The notes below the pieces were generated by a model that saw only the letters and a list, made by a program, of their open reading frames with translations, did no database searches and was not told the origin of the DNA. From Trichormus sp. ATA11-4-KO1 (GTDB lineage: Bacteria; Cyanobacteriota; Cyanobacteriia; Cyanobacteriales; Nostocaceae): a DNA stretch of 64,000 nucleotides. Of this stretch, positions 11,024 through 22,589 are shown piece by piece. Where the stretch lies: NCBI GenBank assembly GCA_019358915.1, contig JAHHIM010000065.1, positions 192,001 through 256,000 on the forward strand, written 5' to 3'. Both the position numbers and the translations under genes were made by a program. The first letter of the stretch is position 1. Each line of letters begins with the position of its first letter.

Positions 11024-11201
11024 GTTTACTGATGGTAGGGATAAGTTTCAGGTGAATGCTTTACAACTTATTCCTACCGATACAGTAAATTAGTAATTCT
11101 GTTTAAAGAATTTACAGTAAAAATACGATTAGACCGCTTGCAGAAATCACAGCCTTTGGTAGAGTCTTGATGAATAAGCAAGAAGTCTATCGTGTTTTTT
11201 T

Positions 11202-12074
11202 GTGTCTATTTTGATTAATTACCTTCAGCCATTAGTCAATGCCCTACTAGCATTTATGGAAGATGCATCAGTACTGGTTGTAGTGATGGCATTTTTCATT
11301 GGCTGGATAGGATGCTGGTTACCAATAGCAGCCATAACAGCGATGGTACTCAATTGGCAACCGAATAAACCTTTACAACCAGAGCAAAAATTACCTTTAT
11401 TAGTGCCACTCTACCTATTAGCCCCCCTAGTTCTTTGGGGAATGATTTGGCTGAGTAATAAATCTTTTGCAGATTACGGCTTTGCGGGAAATCTGGCGAT
11501 GCTGGGTTCCTTATCACTGGGTTTTGGTTTGGGAGTAATCAGCCTAGCGATGATGTTTATCTGTCAATTCTGGCTAGGCTGGTGCTATTTGGAAAAGTCA
11601 AATATCAAGTTAATACCATCCATCTTGCCATCTATTCTATTAATAGCGTTATTAGTTGGAGGCATAGAAGAGTTAGTGTTTCGGGGTTTCTTGTTAACTG
11701 AATTAGAGCGGGATTATCCTATTTGGGCAGCAGGGGCAATTTCTAGCTTAATTTTTGCTGTTCTGCATCTGGTTTGGGAACAACGTGAAACCATACCCCA
11801 ACTGCCTGGATTATGGCTAATGGGAATGATGCTGGTATTAGCCAGGATTGCCGATCGCGGCAGCTTGGGTATAGCTTGGGGACTACACGCAGCATTGGTA
11901 TGGGCGATCGCTACCGTAGATACAGCAGAACTAATTACCTACACTGGTAGAACTTCGGAGTGGTTGACTGGAAAAAACAAAAAACCCCTGGCTGGGGCGG
12001 CGGGAATTATTTGTGTATTTGTTACTGGGTTAATTCTTTGGCTGCTTTCTCAGTATTTTCCGCTTAAGTACTAA
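11202..12074 (+). CDS. CPBP/CAAX intramembrane metalloprotease (Abi family)
   Basis: EELVFRG, FAVLH and GLH motifs; multiple TM helices. Confidence 0.88.
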   Translation: MSILINYLQPLVNALLAFMEDASVLVVVMAFFIGWIGCWLPIAAITAMVLNWQPNKPLQPEQKLPLLVPLYLLAPLVLWGMIWLSNKSFADYGFAGNLAMLGSLSLGFGLGVISLAMMFICQFWLGWCYLEKSNIKLIPSILPSILLIALLVGGIEELVFRGFLLTELERDYPIWAAGAISSLIFAVLHLVWEQRETIPQLPGLWLMGMMLVLARIADRGSLGIAWGLHAALVWAIATVDTAELITYTGRTSEWLTGKNKKPLAGAAGIICVFVTGLILWLLSQYFPLKY

Positions 12075-12370
12075 ATATTTCTATGTGTTAGCAAAATTAA
12101 CATGAAGAAACCAGCAAACTTTCTATCGGCGTTATCTTCATAAATATAATGCTAGTTGCACGCACTTGGTTTTATATGCTCCTACTAGCTTTTGTTTGTT
12201 TTTAGGACAGCGATTAAGAGTTATGGGTGATGTAATTTGTTATGAACGATTCGGCCCTAGAAATTACCAACCTGCGCTCAAGCTGAGTACAGGTTAAAAA
12301 AGTTATTTAAATTGTGGATTGCTGAAAATGCGATCGCGTTGGCTATGATGGCGCGATCACATTTAATTCT

Positions 12371-13324
12371 TCAGCCAATTAAGTGCAGCTGACTAATCAC
12401 CGCACTAATCACATGATGGGTAATGGGGAGGCTATCAATTACCATACCCAGGCATAACAGCATCATGTAAGAGATGGAATACAAAAACAACTCTCTAGCC
12501 ACGGCGCGATCCTCCGGGTTTTGCAACAAACGCCAAGATTTATGGATAAATAATCCACCCAAACTTATGGCGATCGCTGCATAGACAAATCCACTGGCGT
12601 GTAAAGGATAAACCAGTAACAGAGTGGCACCAACTGTAACCAGTGTGTAGTACCAAATCTGCCGGACTGTTGCTGTATCACCTGCAACTACAGGTAGCAT
12701 AGGTATGCCAACTTTAGCGTAGTCATCGCGAATCATTAACGCTAACGCCCAGAAATGGGGAGGTGTCCACAAAAAGACGATGGCAAAAATTAACCATGCT
12801 GCCCAGCTTAAAGTATCTGTCACAGCCGCCCAACCTACTAAAGCGGGAATTGCCCCAGCTGCCCCACCAATGACAATATTTTGGGTGCTATGGCGTTTCA
12901 GCCAGTGGGTATAGACCAAAATATAAAAGATGATGCCAGAAAATGCTAAACACGCCGCCAGTAAATTTGCGAATACTGCTAGTAACGTAAATGACATTAC
13001 AGCTAAGGCGATCGCAAAAATGAGCGCATCACGCGGCTGCACCTTGCCGGAAGGCAGAGGACGATGGCGCGTCCGCTCCATATCATAATCAATATCCCGG
13101 TCATAGATACAATTAATTGTCTGGGCGCTAGCAGCAGCTAACGTGCCACCAGTAAGAGTTACTAACAACAACAATGGGTCTACTTGTCCCTGAGCAGCAA
13201 TCCACATACTCCCAGCTGTGGTAATCAAAAGCAACGGGATAATCCGGGGCTTTGTGAGCTGATAGTAACTGTGGATCACCTGTAGAAATGTTTGGTGGTG
13301 GCGAGAGACATTAGTCTCAATCAT
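12371..13324 (-). CDS. ctaB: heme o synthase (protoheme IX farnesyltransferase)
   Basis: LTKPRII, [22 protein letters not shown]. Confidence 0.95.
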   Translation of the reverse strand: MIETNVSRHHQTFLQVIHSYYQLTKPRIIPLLLITTAGSMWIAAQGQVDPLLLLVTLTGGTLAAASAQTINCIYDRDIDYDMERTRHRPLPSGKVQPRDALIFAIALAVMSFTLLAVFANLLAACLAFSGIIFYILVYTHWLKRHSTQNIVIGGAAGAIPALVGWAAVTDTLSWAAWLIFAIVFLWTPPHFWALALMIRDDYAKVGIPMLPVVAGDTATVRQIWYYTLVTVGATLLLVYPLHASGFVYAAIAISLGGLFIHKSWRLLQNPEDRAVARELFLYSISYMMLLCLGMVIDSLPITHHVISAVISQLHLIG

Positions 13325-13765
13325 GTTGGCTTTGGTTCCTTATTTTTCAACAGCTTATATGCAGCCCCCATTGAAGAGGAAAGGGGGCAGGGCTTCCGCC
13401 TTGAGCGTTCGACTGAGCGCTCACGCCGAAGTCCGAACGGTGCAGGGGAGAGAACCCCTTAAATAAATTTGGGAGATTGAAACCGACATAGTAGGATTAA
13501 TTTTTTCGCCCTTGCTTCCTTCCTGAGTAAAAATACTAATCCCTAGTCCCCAATTCCCAGTCCCTCTTTCACGAGTTTCATCAGGACTGCCTTGTAATTT
13601 CTTGGAGGCGCAGGCGGTTTTGGTTTGATGCTTTCACTACTTCTAGTTACTAGATGTGATGTCAAGTTCGTTTCCTCACTAAATGACTGATGGCTAATGT
13701 CTCATTGCCATTAGTCATCAGTCATCATAGTGATAATAGCAATAGGAAAACGAACCTGAGTTCAG

Positions 13766-14749
13766 TTAGAAATTTGTGCCATTTACTTGTGTGCTTGTAA
13801 TATTTGTTGTGAAACCAACGGGGTAAGCATTGATTTCACGGTTAGTTGCCCAGTCGCGGACTGCGAGAACAGTGAAACCCACTAAAGCACCCAGTAAAGC
13901 GGCTCCTACAGCTTGATGAGAAACTGTCAGAGGCTCGACTTGGAGATGTAATCGGAAAGTGGCAACTCCCAACAATATTTGTAGTATCAACAAAGCACCA
14001 GCCATATTTGCCAATCGTCGCAAGGCTGGATGCAGTGCTGGTGTACGCCAGGAAATAAATACCACTGCTAAGGTAGCTAAAGTTGGCGGTACTAAGCCAA
14101 AAATATGGCTGTACATCACACTGCAAAGTTGAGAACCGCCAAAGCATTGGTGTAACGCCCAGCGAGACCCGACTAAAGCACCTAATAAACTTTGTAGGTA
14201 AACCAATATAGCCGCAGTCAAACCCACCCAAGGTAACTTTCCCACGGTGCCAGTTCCTTGATATGGGGTCAGGGCTACGCCGACAATCAGTAAGGTAGTG
14301 AAAAACAACAGCGCCGTTCCCAAATGAGCGGTCACGATATCAAACCGCAAAAGTTCGGTAACGGTGAGTCCTCCCAAAATACCTTGGAAGACAATTAAAA
14401 ATAGGGCAAATGTGGATGCCCAAGGTAGCCAGGTGGGTAAAGCACGACGGTGCCACCAGGACAAACCAGCAAGAGCGATCGCGCTTAAGCCAATCAACCC
14501 TGCATCCAATCTGTGAAACCACTCCAAAAACACTTGGAGATTCATTTGTTTGGCTGGCACAAGTTCTCCGTAGCACAATGGCCAGTCTGGGCAAGCAAGT
14601 CCAGCATTCATCACACGGGTGGCACTGCCTATGGCCATCAAAATCAAGGTGGCTATGCACATTTTCCACACCAAGCGACGAATCACTTCCTTGGGCTGTC
14701 GCTGCTCAGTTGCCGCTTCATTTTGTTGTTCTAGGACAAATTTGTTCAT
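13766..14749 (-). CDS. ctaA: heme A synthase
   Basis: AGLACPDWPLC and EWFHR; divergent from the cox operon. Confidence 0.93.
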   Translation of the reverse strand: MNKFVLEQQNEAATEQRQPKEVIRRLVWKMCIATLILMAIGSATRVMNAGLACPDWPLCYGELVPAKQMNLQVFLEWFHRLDAGLIGLSAIALAGLSWWHRRALPTWLPWASTFALFLIVFQGILGGLTVTELLRFDIVTAHLGTALLFFTTLLIVGVALTPYQGTGTVGKLPWVGLTAAILVYLQSLLGALVGSRWALHQCFGGSQLCSVMYSHIFGLVPPTLATLAVVFISWRTPALHPALRRLANMAGALLILQILLGVATFRLHLQVEPLTVSHQAVGAALLGALVGFTVLAVRDWATNREINAYPVGFTTNITSTQVNGTNF

Positions 14750-15154
14750 GAACAGTACCTTCTGCCCGCTCTTGGTGGTAGTTCTCTTAAACTTTTCAAT
14801 TTTTAGTACCGACCCATCTCCACCCTAGCGTATGGGCCAGAGTTTAAAAGATTGGCTTGCACTTATACTTTGGATCACTCTAGCCACTTTTAGCCGGAGC
14901 TTTAGGTATTTTTTAAGTTGTTAGCAATTGATAAATGATAATTTGTGGGAATATTCTAAATTTTTTCTTAAATTTCTCCACGGATTTACGTCTAATTTTG
15001 GCAGTATCTAATAAATCTCTTGTACTCAAAATTTGTAAATTAGCTGAAAAAATTAATAAAAATTTCAGACCATGAGACTTTATCTTTCATCACCTGCACT
15101 ACCTTAGTAAGTGAGTAGCATAGAGATAACGTAGTAAATTCATTTAAGTAAACC

Positions 15155-16252
15155 GTGAAGATTCCAAGTTCGATCTGGACATTACTAATTGGCATTGTGC
15201 TAACGCTAGTCAGCCTTTGGTACGGTCAAAATCACGGTCTGTTGCCAACAGCCGCCACCGATGAAGCCGTTTTGGTGGATGGTTTGTTTAACACAATGAT
15301 GATCGTTTCCACAGGTATATTTCTACTTGTTGAAGGTATTTTGATTTACTCTGCAATTAAATACCGGAGACGTGCAGGTGACAATGAAGACGGGCCACCA
15401 ATTGAGGGTAATGTACCTCTAGAAATCCTCTGGACGGCGATCCCAGCAATTATCGTTATTGGTATTTCTGTCTATAGTTTTGAGGTTTACAATGACATCG
15501 GTGGATTTGATCCCCACTCTGTCCATGAAGCTCCGATGACTGAGGATTTTTCGATGACAATGCCAGGAGCAGCGATCGCCGCAACTTTAAGCGATACGCC
15601 TCCTAGTACAGGAGCCAACCTCAATCAAGAAAAATCTGATGAGGCGATGCAAGACCCGGCCACAGCAGCAGTCCGCAATGCTGACCAAATTCCCCAAAAG
15701 CGCAATGCTCCTGGGGTGGGTAGTGTCGCTCCTACCATTGGGGGTAGTCCTGAAAAAGCCGGCCAACCACCAGAATTACGGGTCAACGTCACTGGTTTAC
15801 AATACGCCTGGCTATTTACCTATCCTGAAACTGGAGTAACTACAGGTGAGTTACATGTTCCCGTCGGGCGCGAAGTCCAAATCAACATGACAGCCAATGA
15901 TGTCATTCACGCCTTCTGGGTACCAGAGTTCCGCTTGAAACAGGATGCGATCCCCGGTAGGCAAAGCGAGATTCGGTTCACGCCCAGAGTAGCGGGTAGT
16001 TATGACCTGATTTGTGCTGAACTTTGTGGCCCCTACCACGGTGCAATGAAAACCCAAGTAGTGGTGGAGACTCAAGCAGCTTATGACCAATGGATGCAAG
16101 AGCAATTAGTTGCCAGCAGCGAAACGCTCAATCAAGCCGTTGCTGTTAACTCTGCGGATTTGTCCCCAGATGAATTTCTCAATCCTTATACCAAGGACAT
16201 GGGAATACAACCAGAGATAATCAATCAAGTTCACACTGCTCATCACCACTAG
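15155..16252 (+). CDS. coxB: aa3-type cytochrome c oxidase subunit II
   Basis: DVIHAFW and the CuA motif CAELCGPYHGAM; cyanobacterial insertion loop. Confidence 0.95.
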   Translation: MKIPSSIWTLLIGIVLTLVSLWYGQNHGLLPTAATDEAVLVDGLFNTMMIVSTGIFLLVEGILIYSAIKYRRRAGDNEDGPPIEGNVPLEILWTAIPAIIVIGISVYSFEVYNDIGGFDPHSVHEAPMTEDFSMTMPGAAIAATLSDTPPSTGANLNQEKSDEAMQDPATAAVRNADQIPQKRNAPGVGSVAPTIGGSPEKAGQPPELRVNVTGLQYAWLFTYPETGVTTGELHVPVGREVQINMTANDVIHAFWVPEFRLKQDAIPGRQSEIRFTPRVAGSYDLICAELCGPYHGAMKTQVVVETQAAYDQWMQEQLVASSETLNQAVAVNSADLSPDEFLNPYTKDMGIQPEIINQVHTAHHH

Positions 16253-16329
16253 TCAGTGGTCAATGAAAAGTAATCAGTGAACAGACTGATAACTGCTAAT
16301 TGATAACTGATAACTGACAACTAATTCCT

Positions 16330-18066
16330 ATGACACAAGCTCAGTTGCAAGAAACAGCCAATATCCCTACTCATGTTGAAGAACCAGAGGAAAGACATTG
16401 GCGAGACTTCTTTGGTTTTAGTACCGACCATAAGGTGATTGGGATTCAATACCTAGTTACTTCATTTATTTTCTACTGCATTGGCGGTGTGATGGCTGAT
16501 TTGGTGCGTACAGAACTACGAACCCCAGATGTAGATTTTGTCACCCCAGAAGTTTACAACAGTCTATTCACGCTGCACGCCACAATTATGATTTTCTTGT
16601 GGATTGTGCCAGCCGGAGCCGGATTTGCTAATTATCTGATTCCCCTGATGATTGGGGCGAAAGATATGGCATTCCCCAAGCTGAACGCCGTGGCCTTTTG
16701 GATGATTCCCCCTGCGGGTTTGCTGCTAATTGCCAGTTTAGCGGTGGGTGATGCACCAGATGCTGGGTGGACTTCCTACCCTCCCTTAAGCTTGGTCACA
16801 GGTCAAGTGGGTGAAGGTATTTGGATCATGAGTGTCCTGCTGCTGGGTACATCGTCGATTTTGGGATCGATCAATTTCTTGGTCACCATGCTGAAGATGC
16901 GTATCCCTGGTATGAGTTTCCATCAAATGCCTTTGTTTTGTTGGGCAATGTTGGCAACCTCAGCGCTGGTGTTAGTCTCAACCCCAGTACTAGCAGCAGG
17001 TTTAATTCTGCTTTCCTTCGATTTATTGGCAGGAACAACATTTTTTAATCCCACAGGTGGTGGGGACCCGGTGGTATACCAGCATATGTTTTGGTTTTAC
17101 TCCCACCCGGCGGTATATATCATGATTTTGCCTTTCTTTGGGGCAATTTCGGAAATAATCCCGATTCATTCCCGCAAGCCGATTTTTGGCTATAAAGCGA
17201 TCGCCTATTCATCTTTGGCTATCAGCTTTTTAGGATTAATTGTCTGGGCACACCATATGTTTACCAGTGGTGTCCCCGGTTGGTTGCGGATGTTTTTTAT
17301 GATCACGACGATGATCATCGCCGTACCTACAGGGATTAAAATTTTCAGCTGGTTGGCAACCATGTGGGGCGGTAAAATCCAACTCAATAGCCCTATGCTA
17401 TTCGCTATCGGCTTTGTGGGCACTTTTGTAATTGGCGGGATCAGTGGTGTGATGTTGGCAGCAGTGCCCTTTGATATTCACGTCCACGACACTTATTTTG
17501 TGGTAGCACACCTGCACTACGTCCTATTTGGCGGTAGCGTGTTGGGTATTTTTGCGGCCATATACCACTGGTTCCCAAAAATGACGGGACGAATGATGAA
17601 CGAATTTTGGGGTAAGGTTCACTTTGCCTTGACAATCGTTGGTCTGAATATGACCTTCTTACCCATGCACAAACTGGGGTTAATGGGCATGAACCGTCGT
17701 ATTGCTCAATATGATCCCAAATTTGCCTTGTTGAATGAAATTTGCACTTATGGTTCTTACATACTGGCAGTTTCGACATTCCCCTTTATCATCAATGCAA
17801 TTTGGAGCTGGTTGTATGGTGAGAAAGCTGGTAATAATCCTTGGAGGGCATTGACCTTAGAGTGGATGACGACCTCACCGCCAGCGATCGAGAATTTTGA
17901 TAAAACCCCAGTATTGGCTACAGGCCCCTACGACTACGGCTTAGAAAAGGCTAACGATGATGTACCTTTATCTGACCCCAATCCAGTTTTATCTGCTGGC
18001 CCAAACTCGGTATTAAGAGCGGAACCTGACTCCATGGTTGCTGCCAATCCCGAAGACCGTAAATAA
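16330..18066 (+). CDS. coxA: cytochrome c oxidase subunit I
   Basis: WFYSHPAVY, WAHHMF, HDTYFVVAHLH. Confidence 0.97.
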   Translation: MTQAQLQETANIPTHVEEPEERHWRDFFGFSTDHKVIGIQYLVTSFIFYCIGGVMADLVRTELRTPDVDFVTPEVYNSLFTLHATIMIFLWIVPAGAGFANYLIPLMIGAKDMAFPKLNAVAFWMIPPAGLLLIASLAVGDAPDAGWTSYPPLSLVTGQVGEGIWIMSVLLLGTSSILGSINFLVTMLKMRIPGMSFHQMPLFCWAMLATSALVLVSTPVLAAGLILLSFDLLAGTTFFNPTGGGDPVVYQHMFWFYSHPAVYIMILPFFGAISEIIPIHSRKPIFGYKAIAYSSLAISFLGLIVWAHHMFTSGVPGWLRMFFMITTMIIAVPTGIKIFSWLATMWGGKIQLNSPMLFAIGFVGTFVIGGISGVMLAAVPFDIHVHDTYFVVAHLHYVLFGGSVLGIFAAIYHWFPKMTGRMMNEFWGKVHFALTIVGLNMTFLPMHKLGLMGMNRRIAQYDPKFALLNEICTYGSYILAVSTFPFIINAIWSWLYGEKAGNNPWRALTLEWMTTSPPAIENFDKTPVLATGPYDYGLEKANDDVPLSDPNPVLSAGPNSVLRAEPDSMVAANPEDRK

Positions 18067-18252
18067 AGTGATGAGTGAGGAGTTCAAGCCTTTTATAGCA
18101 AAGTGCTGAGTGCTGAGTGCTGAGTGCTGAGTATAAATCCAGTTGCTTCAGAGCTTTGAGCAATTAACACTGTCCTAACCTATGTGACTACGGCTATAAC
18201 TCCCCATTCCTCACTCTTGAGTCATCACTTGTCCTCTAGATATTAAAGATAC

Positions 18253-18879
18253 ATGCAAAGTCAAACTATTGACCCAGCTAAAACCGAACTAAATCATCAC
18301 CATACTGCCGAAGCAGGAGTTAGTCATCACGAAGCACATCCAGACCATCGTCTGTTTGGGTTATTTATCTTCCTGATTGCTGAAGGGATGATTTTTATGG
18401 GGTTGTTCGGAGCTTACCTCGCTTTCCGTGCTACCTTACCTGCGTGGCCCCCGGAAGGTACACCAGAATTAGAACTATTGTTACCGGGAGTCAACACCGT
18501 CAATCTGATTGCTAGCAGTTTTGTCATGCACAATGCTGACACTGCCATCAAAAAGAATGATGCAAAAGGTATGCGTACTTGGTTGGCAATTACTGCCGCA
18601 ATGGGTGCTATTTTCTTGGTGGGACAGGTATACGAATATACACACCTAGAATTTGGTTTAACTACCAATTTATTTGCCAGTGCATTTTACGTTTTAACTG
18701 GCTTTCACGGACTACACGTTACCATTGGTGTCTTGGCGATAGTTGCCGTATTGTGGCGATCGCGTGTTCAGGGTCACTACAGTAGCAAAAAGCACTTTGG
18801 TATTGAAGCTGCGGAAATCTACTGGCACTTTGTTGACGTGATTTGGATTATTCTGTTCGGATTACTTTATTTACTGTGA
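18253..18879 (+). CDS. coxC: cytochrome c oxidase subunit III
   Basis: TGFHGLHV and YWHFVDVIW. Confidence 0.95.
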   Translation: MQSQTIDPAKTELNHHHTAEAGVSHHEAHPDHRLFGLFIFLIAEGMIFMGLFGAYLAFRATLPAWPPEGTPELELLLPGVNTVNLIASSFVMHNADTAIKKNDAKGMRTWLAITAAMGAIFLVGQVYEYTHLEFGLTTNLFASAFYVLTGFHGLHVTIGVLAIVAVLWRSRVQGHYSSKKHFGIEAAEIYWHFVDVIWIILFGLLYLL

Positions 18880-18920
18880 GTATTAATTATTAGTTATTCA
18901 CTCCACGCGAATAGCTAAAT

Positions 18921-18945
18921 AAGCCCCCTTCTGGGGGTTTTTTTT
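18921..18945 (+). terminator. intrinsic terminator of coxBAC
   Basis: AAGCCCCC-TTCT-GGGGGTT hairpin followed by a T tract. Confidence 0.75.
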
Positions 18946-18949
18946 ATGG

Positions 18950-19435
18950 CTAAATTTCTAAAGCTATTTTAATGTTTTGCACTATTAGTTGCGGTGGCTC
19001 AGAAACATCTACACAAATAGCATCATCAGGCTCCTCAAGGGTATCTAATTGGCTGTTGAGGAGTTTTTCTGACATGAAATGATTTTGCCGTCCTAGGAGT
19101 CGTTGTTGGAGTAAATCTAAACTGCCTTGGAGGTAAACTAGCTTGATGTTTTCGTGGTCTAGTCGCAGGTATTGGCGATAATTAGCTTTGAGGGCAGAAC
19201 AGGCTAAGACTACATTGGCATTTTCTTTTAACCAAAGGGCGATCGCAGTTTGCAAATCTTTCAACCAGGGCTTCCTGTCGGCATCATTGAGGGGAATACC
19301 CAGCCGCATTTTTTCAATGTTATCTGTTGAGTGAAATTCATCAGCGTCTTTAAATTCCCAGTTTAATGAATCGGCTAACAGTTTCCCGATGGTTGTTTTG
19401 CCGGAACCGGAGACTCCCATGATGAGAATTATCAT
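18950..19435 (-). CDS. gntK: gluconokinase
   Basis: MGVSGSGKT, DADEFH, ACSALK, HFM and SQLDTLEEP. Confidence 0.9.
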   Translation of the reverse strand: MIILIMGVSGSGKTTIGKLLADSLNWEFKDADEFHSTDNIEKMRLGIPLNDADRKPWLKDLQTAIALWLKENANVVLACSALKANYRQYLRLDHENIKLVYLQGSLDLLQQRLLGRQNHFMSEKLLNSQLDTLEEPDDAICVDVSEPPQLIVQNIKIALEI

Positions 19436-19473
19436 TAGTTTTTAATGCAGAGGGACGCAAAGGTACGCTGAGA

Positions 19474-20202
19474 TTAAATTTTGAGTTTTGCTAAACCTAT
19501 GTAGCGTATGCCTTCTGGAGTTACATGAAAACGGCAGGGTAGGATTTCTAAGCCGAGGGCGATCGCATTTCGTAATAGTTTACCATATACGGGGTCTGTA
19601 ATGTCACCAGGGGCAAACTCAGTACAATCACTGCGGTTGATGAAGTACAGCATAACTGCACGAGTTTGGGGTAATAGTGCTGTGAGTTCCCGTAAGTGTT
19701 TTTGTCCTCTTGTGGTTTCTGTGTCGGGGAATAGTGCTAAAGTGCCTTGGGCCCAAGTTGTGTTTTTTACTTCTAAATATATTGGGGGTTCTGCGTCGCT
19801 ACCTGTGAGGTAAAAATCTACCCGACTTTTTTTATCTTGCCCATAAACTACCTCACCCTTAATTTGGCTATAGTCTCCCAATTGAGAGAAAAGGTGTTTT
19901 GCTAAGGCTAGTTTTACTATTTTATTGGGTAAAACAGTATTTATACCTACCCAGGTTGGCTCGTTGTCATTTACCTGAATTAACTCTAAGGTGTAGGCTA
20001 ATTTGCGCTGGGGATTATCACTTTGGGAAAGTTGTACTGCACTTCCAGGGGTGGAAACTCCTGTCATGGGGCCTGTGTTGGGACAGTGTGCTGTGACTAT
20101 TTCGCCAGAATCAAGTTGAATATCAGCAAAAAAGCGCTTGTAGCGCTTCAGTAAAATTCCCGAATACAAGGGTGGATAACAGTAAAGCCAGTCAATCATC
20201 AT
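19474..20202 (-). CDS. sfsA: DNA/RNA nuclease SfsA
   Basis: KRYKRFFAD, HCPNTGPM, EVKN and FPDTETTRGQKHL. Confidence 0.95.
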   Translation of the reverse strand: MMIDWLYCYPPLYSGILLKRYKRFFADIQLDSGEIVTAHCPNTGPMTGVSTPGSAVQLSQSDNPQRKLAYTLELIQVNDNEPTWVGINTVLPNKIVKLALAKHLFSQLGDYSQIKGEVVYGQDKKSRVDFYLTGSDAEPPIYLEVKNTTWAQGTLALFPDTETTRGQKHLRELTALLPQTRAVMLYFINRSDCTEFAPGDITDPVYGKLLRNAIALGLEILPCRFHVTPEGIRYIGLAKLKI

Positions 20203-20320
20203 TTTTCTAAGTGCGCTTGCCCTGAGCGAAGTCGAAGGGGAGTGCTGAGTAAAAATATTAGTTCTTAGTCTCTAGTCACTTTGTAAATATACGTTAATTT
20301 TTTACCTATTTTAAATGTTT

Positions 20321-20461
20321 TAAGTAGAACAGAGTAAATGATTAAAGGTTTGTAGTGAGAACTTTAGTTCTCAAATCAGGACTAAAGTCCTGACTACGAA
20401 CTGATTTTCGATAAATTTACATTACTTTACACAATTTGGTTTTTTCAAGTCGTTCTACTTA
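20321..20461. mobile_element. MITE-like element with 10-bp TIRs enclosing a REP-like double hairpin
   Basis: TAAGTAGAAC at 20321 and GTTCTACTTA at 20452; internal hairpins GAGAAC-TTTA-GTTCTC and CAGGAC-TAAA-GTCCTG. Confidence 0.55.
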
Positions 20462-20617
20462 CTTATTTGCTCCTATCTGCAAATATCTCACCAACGGTGA
20501 AGGAATTATATATCACAACTTGTCAATTTCTGTAGTCAATTTGACGACATATTAATAAAAAGTCGCATATACTCAGTGATATAAGCCTCTCATCCAGAAA
20601 GACAGGAGAGGATTGCA

Positions 20618-21310
20618 ATGTGTAAGCAGGTAAATCCTATGCAACAAGTATGGGAATCAACGGAATTAGAATATGCCTTTTTGTTTACTCTCAGAAAGGT
20701 TAATTCCATAAATCCAGAAGGTTTCAAGCCATTTTTTCATCATCTACCTGTTGATCCTTATATCAAAGGTAATTATCGTTTGAGACGATTATCTCGGTTC
20801 ATAGCTACGGGGGATAAGTTAATTAAGTTACCTCATGGCTACCTCTTCCAAGGTAAAGATTACAATCCATTATTGGGAGACATTAAACGAGAGTTTGCAG
20901 AATTAGAAGATGCACTTATAGAACTCGATATTTTTAAGAATCTTGTTTTAGCATTTAGTGATTCTTGTAAACTGCATCCTGAAGCTGAAATCGGGGTTCA
21001 TCAAATTAGAACTATCTGTTCTCCTCAAAATTTGGGTAATCCTGCGCCTGAAGGTATTCATCAAGATGGTACTGATTTTATTGGTATCTTCTCGGTAAAT
21101 CGCGATAATATTCAAGGTGGAGAAACTCATTTATATACTGCTAAAAAAGAGAAGCCTGTGTTTAGCAAGGTTTTAAATCCAGGTGAACTTTTATTAGTCA
21201 ATGATCATGAATTTTTCCACTTTACTACGCCGATAAAACCGCAAACTGATGGACAGGGAATTAGGGATGTTTTTGTATTGACTTCTCCTAGTTTATTGAT
21301 TGATTATTAA
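20618..21310 (+). CDS. 2OG-Fe(II) dioxygenase family protein
   Basis: PEGIHQDG (HxD), distal H in FFHFTTPI and RDV. Confidence 0.85.
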   Translation: MCKQVNPMQQVWESTELEYAFLFTLRKVNSINPEGFKPFFHHLPVDPYIKGNYRLRRLSRFIATGDKLIKLPHGYLFQGKDYNPLLGDIKREFAELEDALIELDIFKNLVLAFSDSCKLHPEAEIGVHQIRTICSPQNLGNPAPEGIHQDGTDFIGIFSVNRDNIQGGETHLYTAKKEKPVFSKVLNPGELLLVNDHEFFHFTTPIKPQTDGQGIRDVFVLTSPSLLIDY

Positions 21311-21311
21311 G

Positions 21312-22469
21312 TTAATCTACAGCAAAAATTTGACAATCTACCAGATATGGGGAATTGAATGCAGTCATTTCCCCAGCTTTTTTATGAGGGATGGGAAATA
21401 ATCTGGCTGATAGCGGTTTATTGAGTTTAATTGCTAAAGTTGCTAAATCTATTAATATTGCGGCAATTTTGTCAATGGTGATATTACCAGGAATTGGCAC
21501 TGTATCCAGTCCACAGCCACAAACTGCTGAATATAATAATAAATTAGTAATATCATAAGTTTGCTCATTAGCTCTAGTAGCTAATCCGACATCTTCGCAT
21601 ACTGGTAGCATCAAACCAGAGTAGCCACAGATTTTGACGGAAACACTTTTTAGAACACGAGTTAACATGCCAGAAATTGCTAAGGTTCCTGGATGTCCAA
21701 ATTTACCTTTTAGTAATTTTTCATAAGCAAAGGCAATACTATTTTGTTTATCTAAAGATGGTGCGAGAGATGTATCTATGCCGTTGTATTTTACAGCGAA
21801 TTTTGTTGATATTTCTGCGGCAATATTGGCGATTTTTGTGAGTTCTATTTCTAAAAGTGATTGCAGGTTTTTTTCGGCTGTTTGTAGATCATTCGCTTGA
21901 GAAAAAGCTTGGTTGACTAATTCAGCTAGTTCTAATCCAATAGCAAAAGCTGTATCGCCTACATGGTAAGAAGTTGGAAAAAATGGAATTCCTGGCTGGC
22001 AGTTGGCTGATGCACAATAGCGAAAGTTACCATAGCCATTTTCAGTTTCTTGGGAAATGCGTTTAATAGCTTTGGCTGATTCGTAAATATTTTCTAGATT
22101 GATGCCTGATTGTTGGTCACCAAGTTGGCTGGAAGAGTAAATAATTGACGTATGTTTGTTAATGTCGGGGATTAAAGCTATGGTTTCTGGTTGGTTGGCA
22201 TGACCGATATTGAAAAAGCTAATATCTAGATTGATACAGGTTTTTTCTAAATCTTGAATTTCTTTGAGAATATCAGTTTTTGATAAATCTGATAGATATT
22301 CTTGCCAAGAGTTAGTGGTAATTCTGGTTGTTTGAACTGCGTATCCTTGTTGTTCAAAGATTATTTTTGCTTGCTGATTAAATGCATGAGATTGTTTAAT
22401 TTTATCGGTGTCTTTGGGAGATTGTAGTGATATTCCTGTGGTGATGGTTCTAATTTTCATTTTTATCAA
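21312..22469 (-). CDS. DUF711 family protein
   Basis: MKIRTIT, PFFP, GIDTSLAP, GYSGLMLPVCED and VCGCGLDTVPIPG. Confidence 0.85.
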   Translation of the reverse strand: MIKMKIRTITTGISLQSPKDTDKIKQSHAFNQQAKIIFEQQGYAVQTTRITTNSWQEYLSDLSKTDILKEIQDLEKTCINLDISFFNIGHANQPETIALIPDINKHTSIIYSSSQLGDQQSGINLENIYESAKAIKRISQETENGYGNFRYCASANCQPGIPFFPTSYHVGDTAFAIGLELAELVNQAFSQANDLQTAEKNLQSLLEIELTKIANIAAEISTKFAVKYNGIDTSLAPSLDKQNSIAFAYEKLLKGKFGHPGTLAISGMLTRVLKSVSVKICGYSGLMLPVCEDVGLATRANEQTYDITNLLLYSAVCGCGLDTVPIPGNITIDKIAAILIDLATLAIKLNKPLSARLFPIPHKKAGEMTAFNSPYLVDCQIFAVD

Positions 22470-22589
22470 ACCGCCAAGGGAGGAAGTAGATTGAGATTTG
22501 GAAATTAGCTAAAGTGAAGGTGAATATTTAACATATAAAGTAGTAGAGCTATAAAATCGGCTACTAAGCTAGAGTTTTGGGAGTCAATT

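Noticed and set aside
18100..18135. Tandem GTGCTGA arrays (also at about 46525-46557) as a possible CRISPR
   Set aside because: These are heptamer STRRs without spacers; no cas genes.
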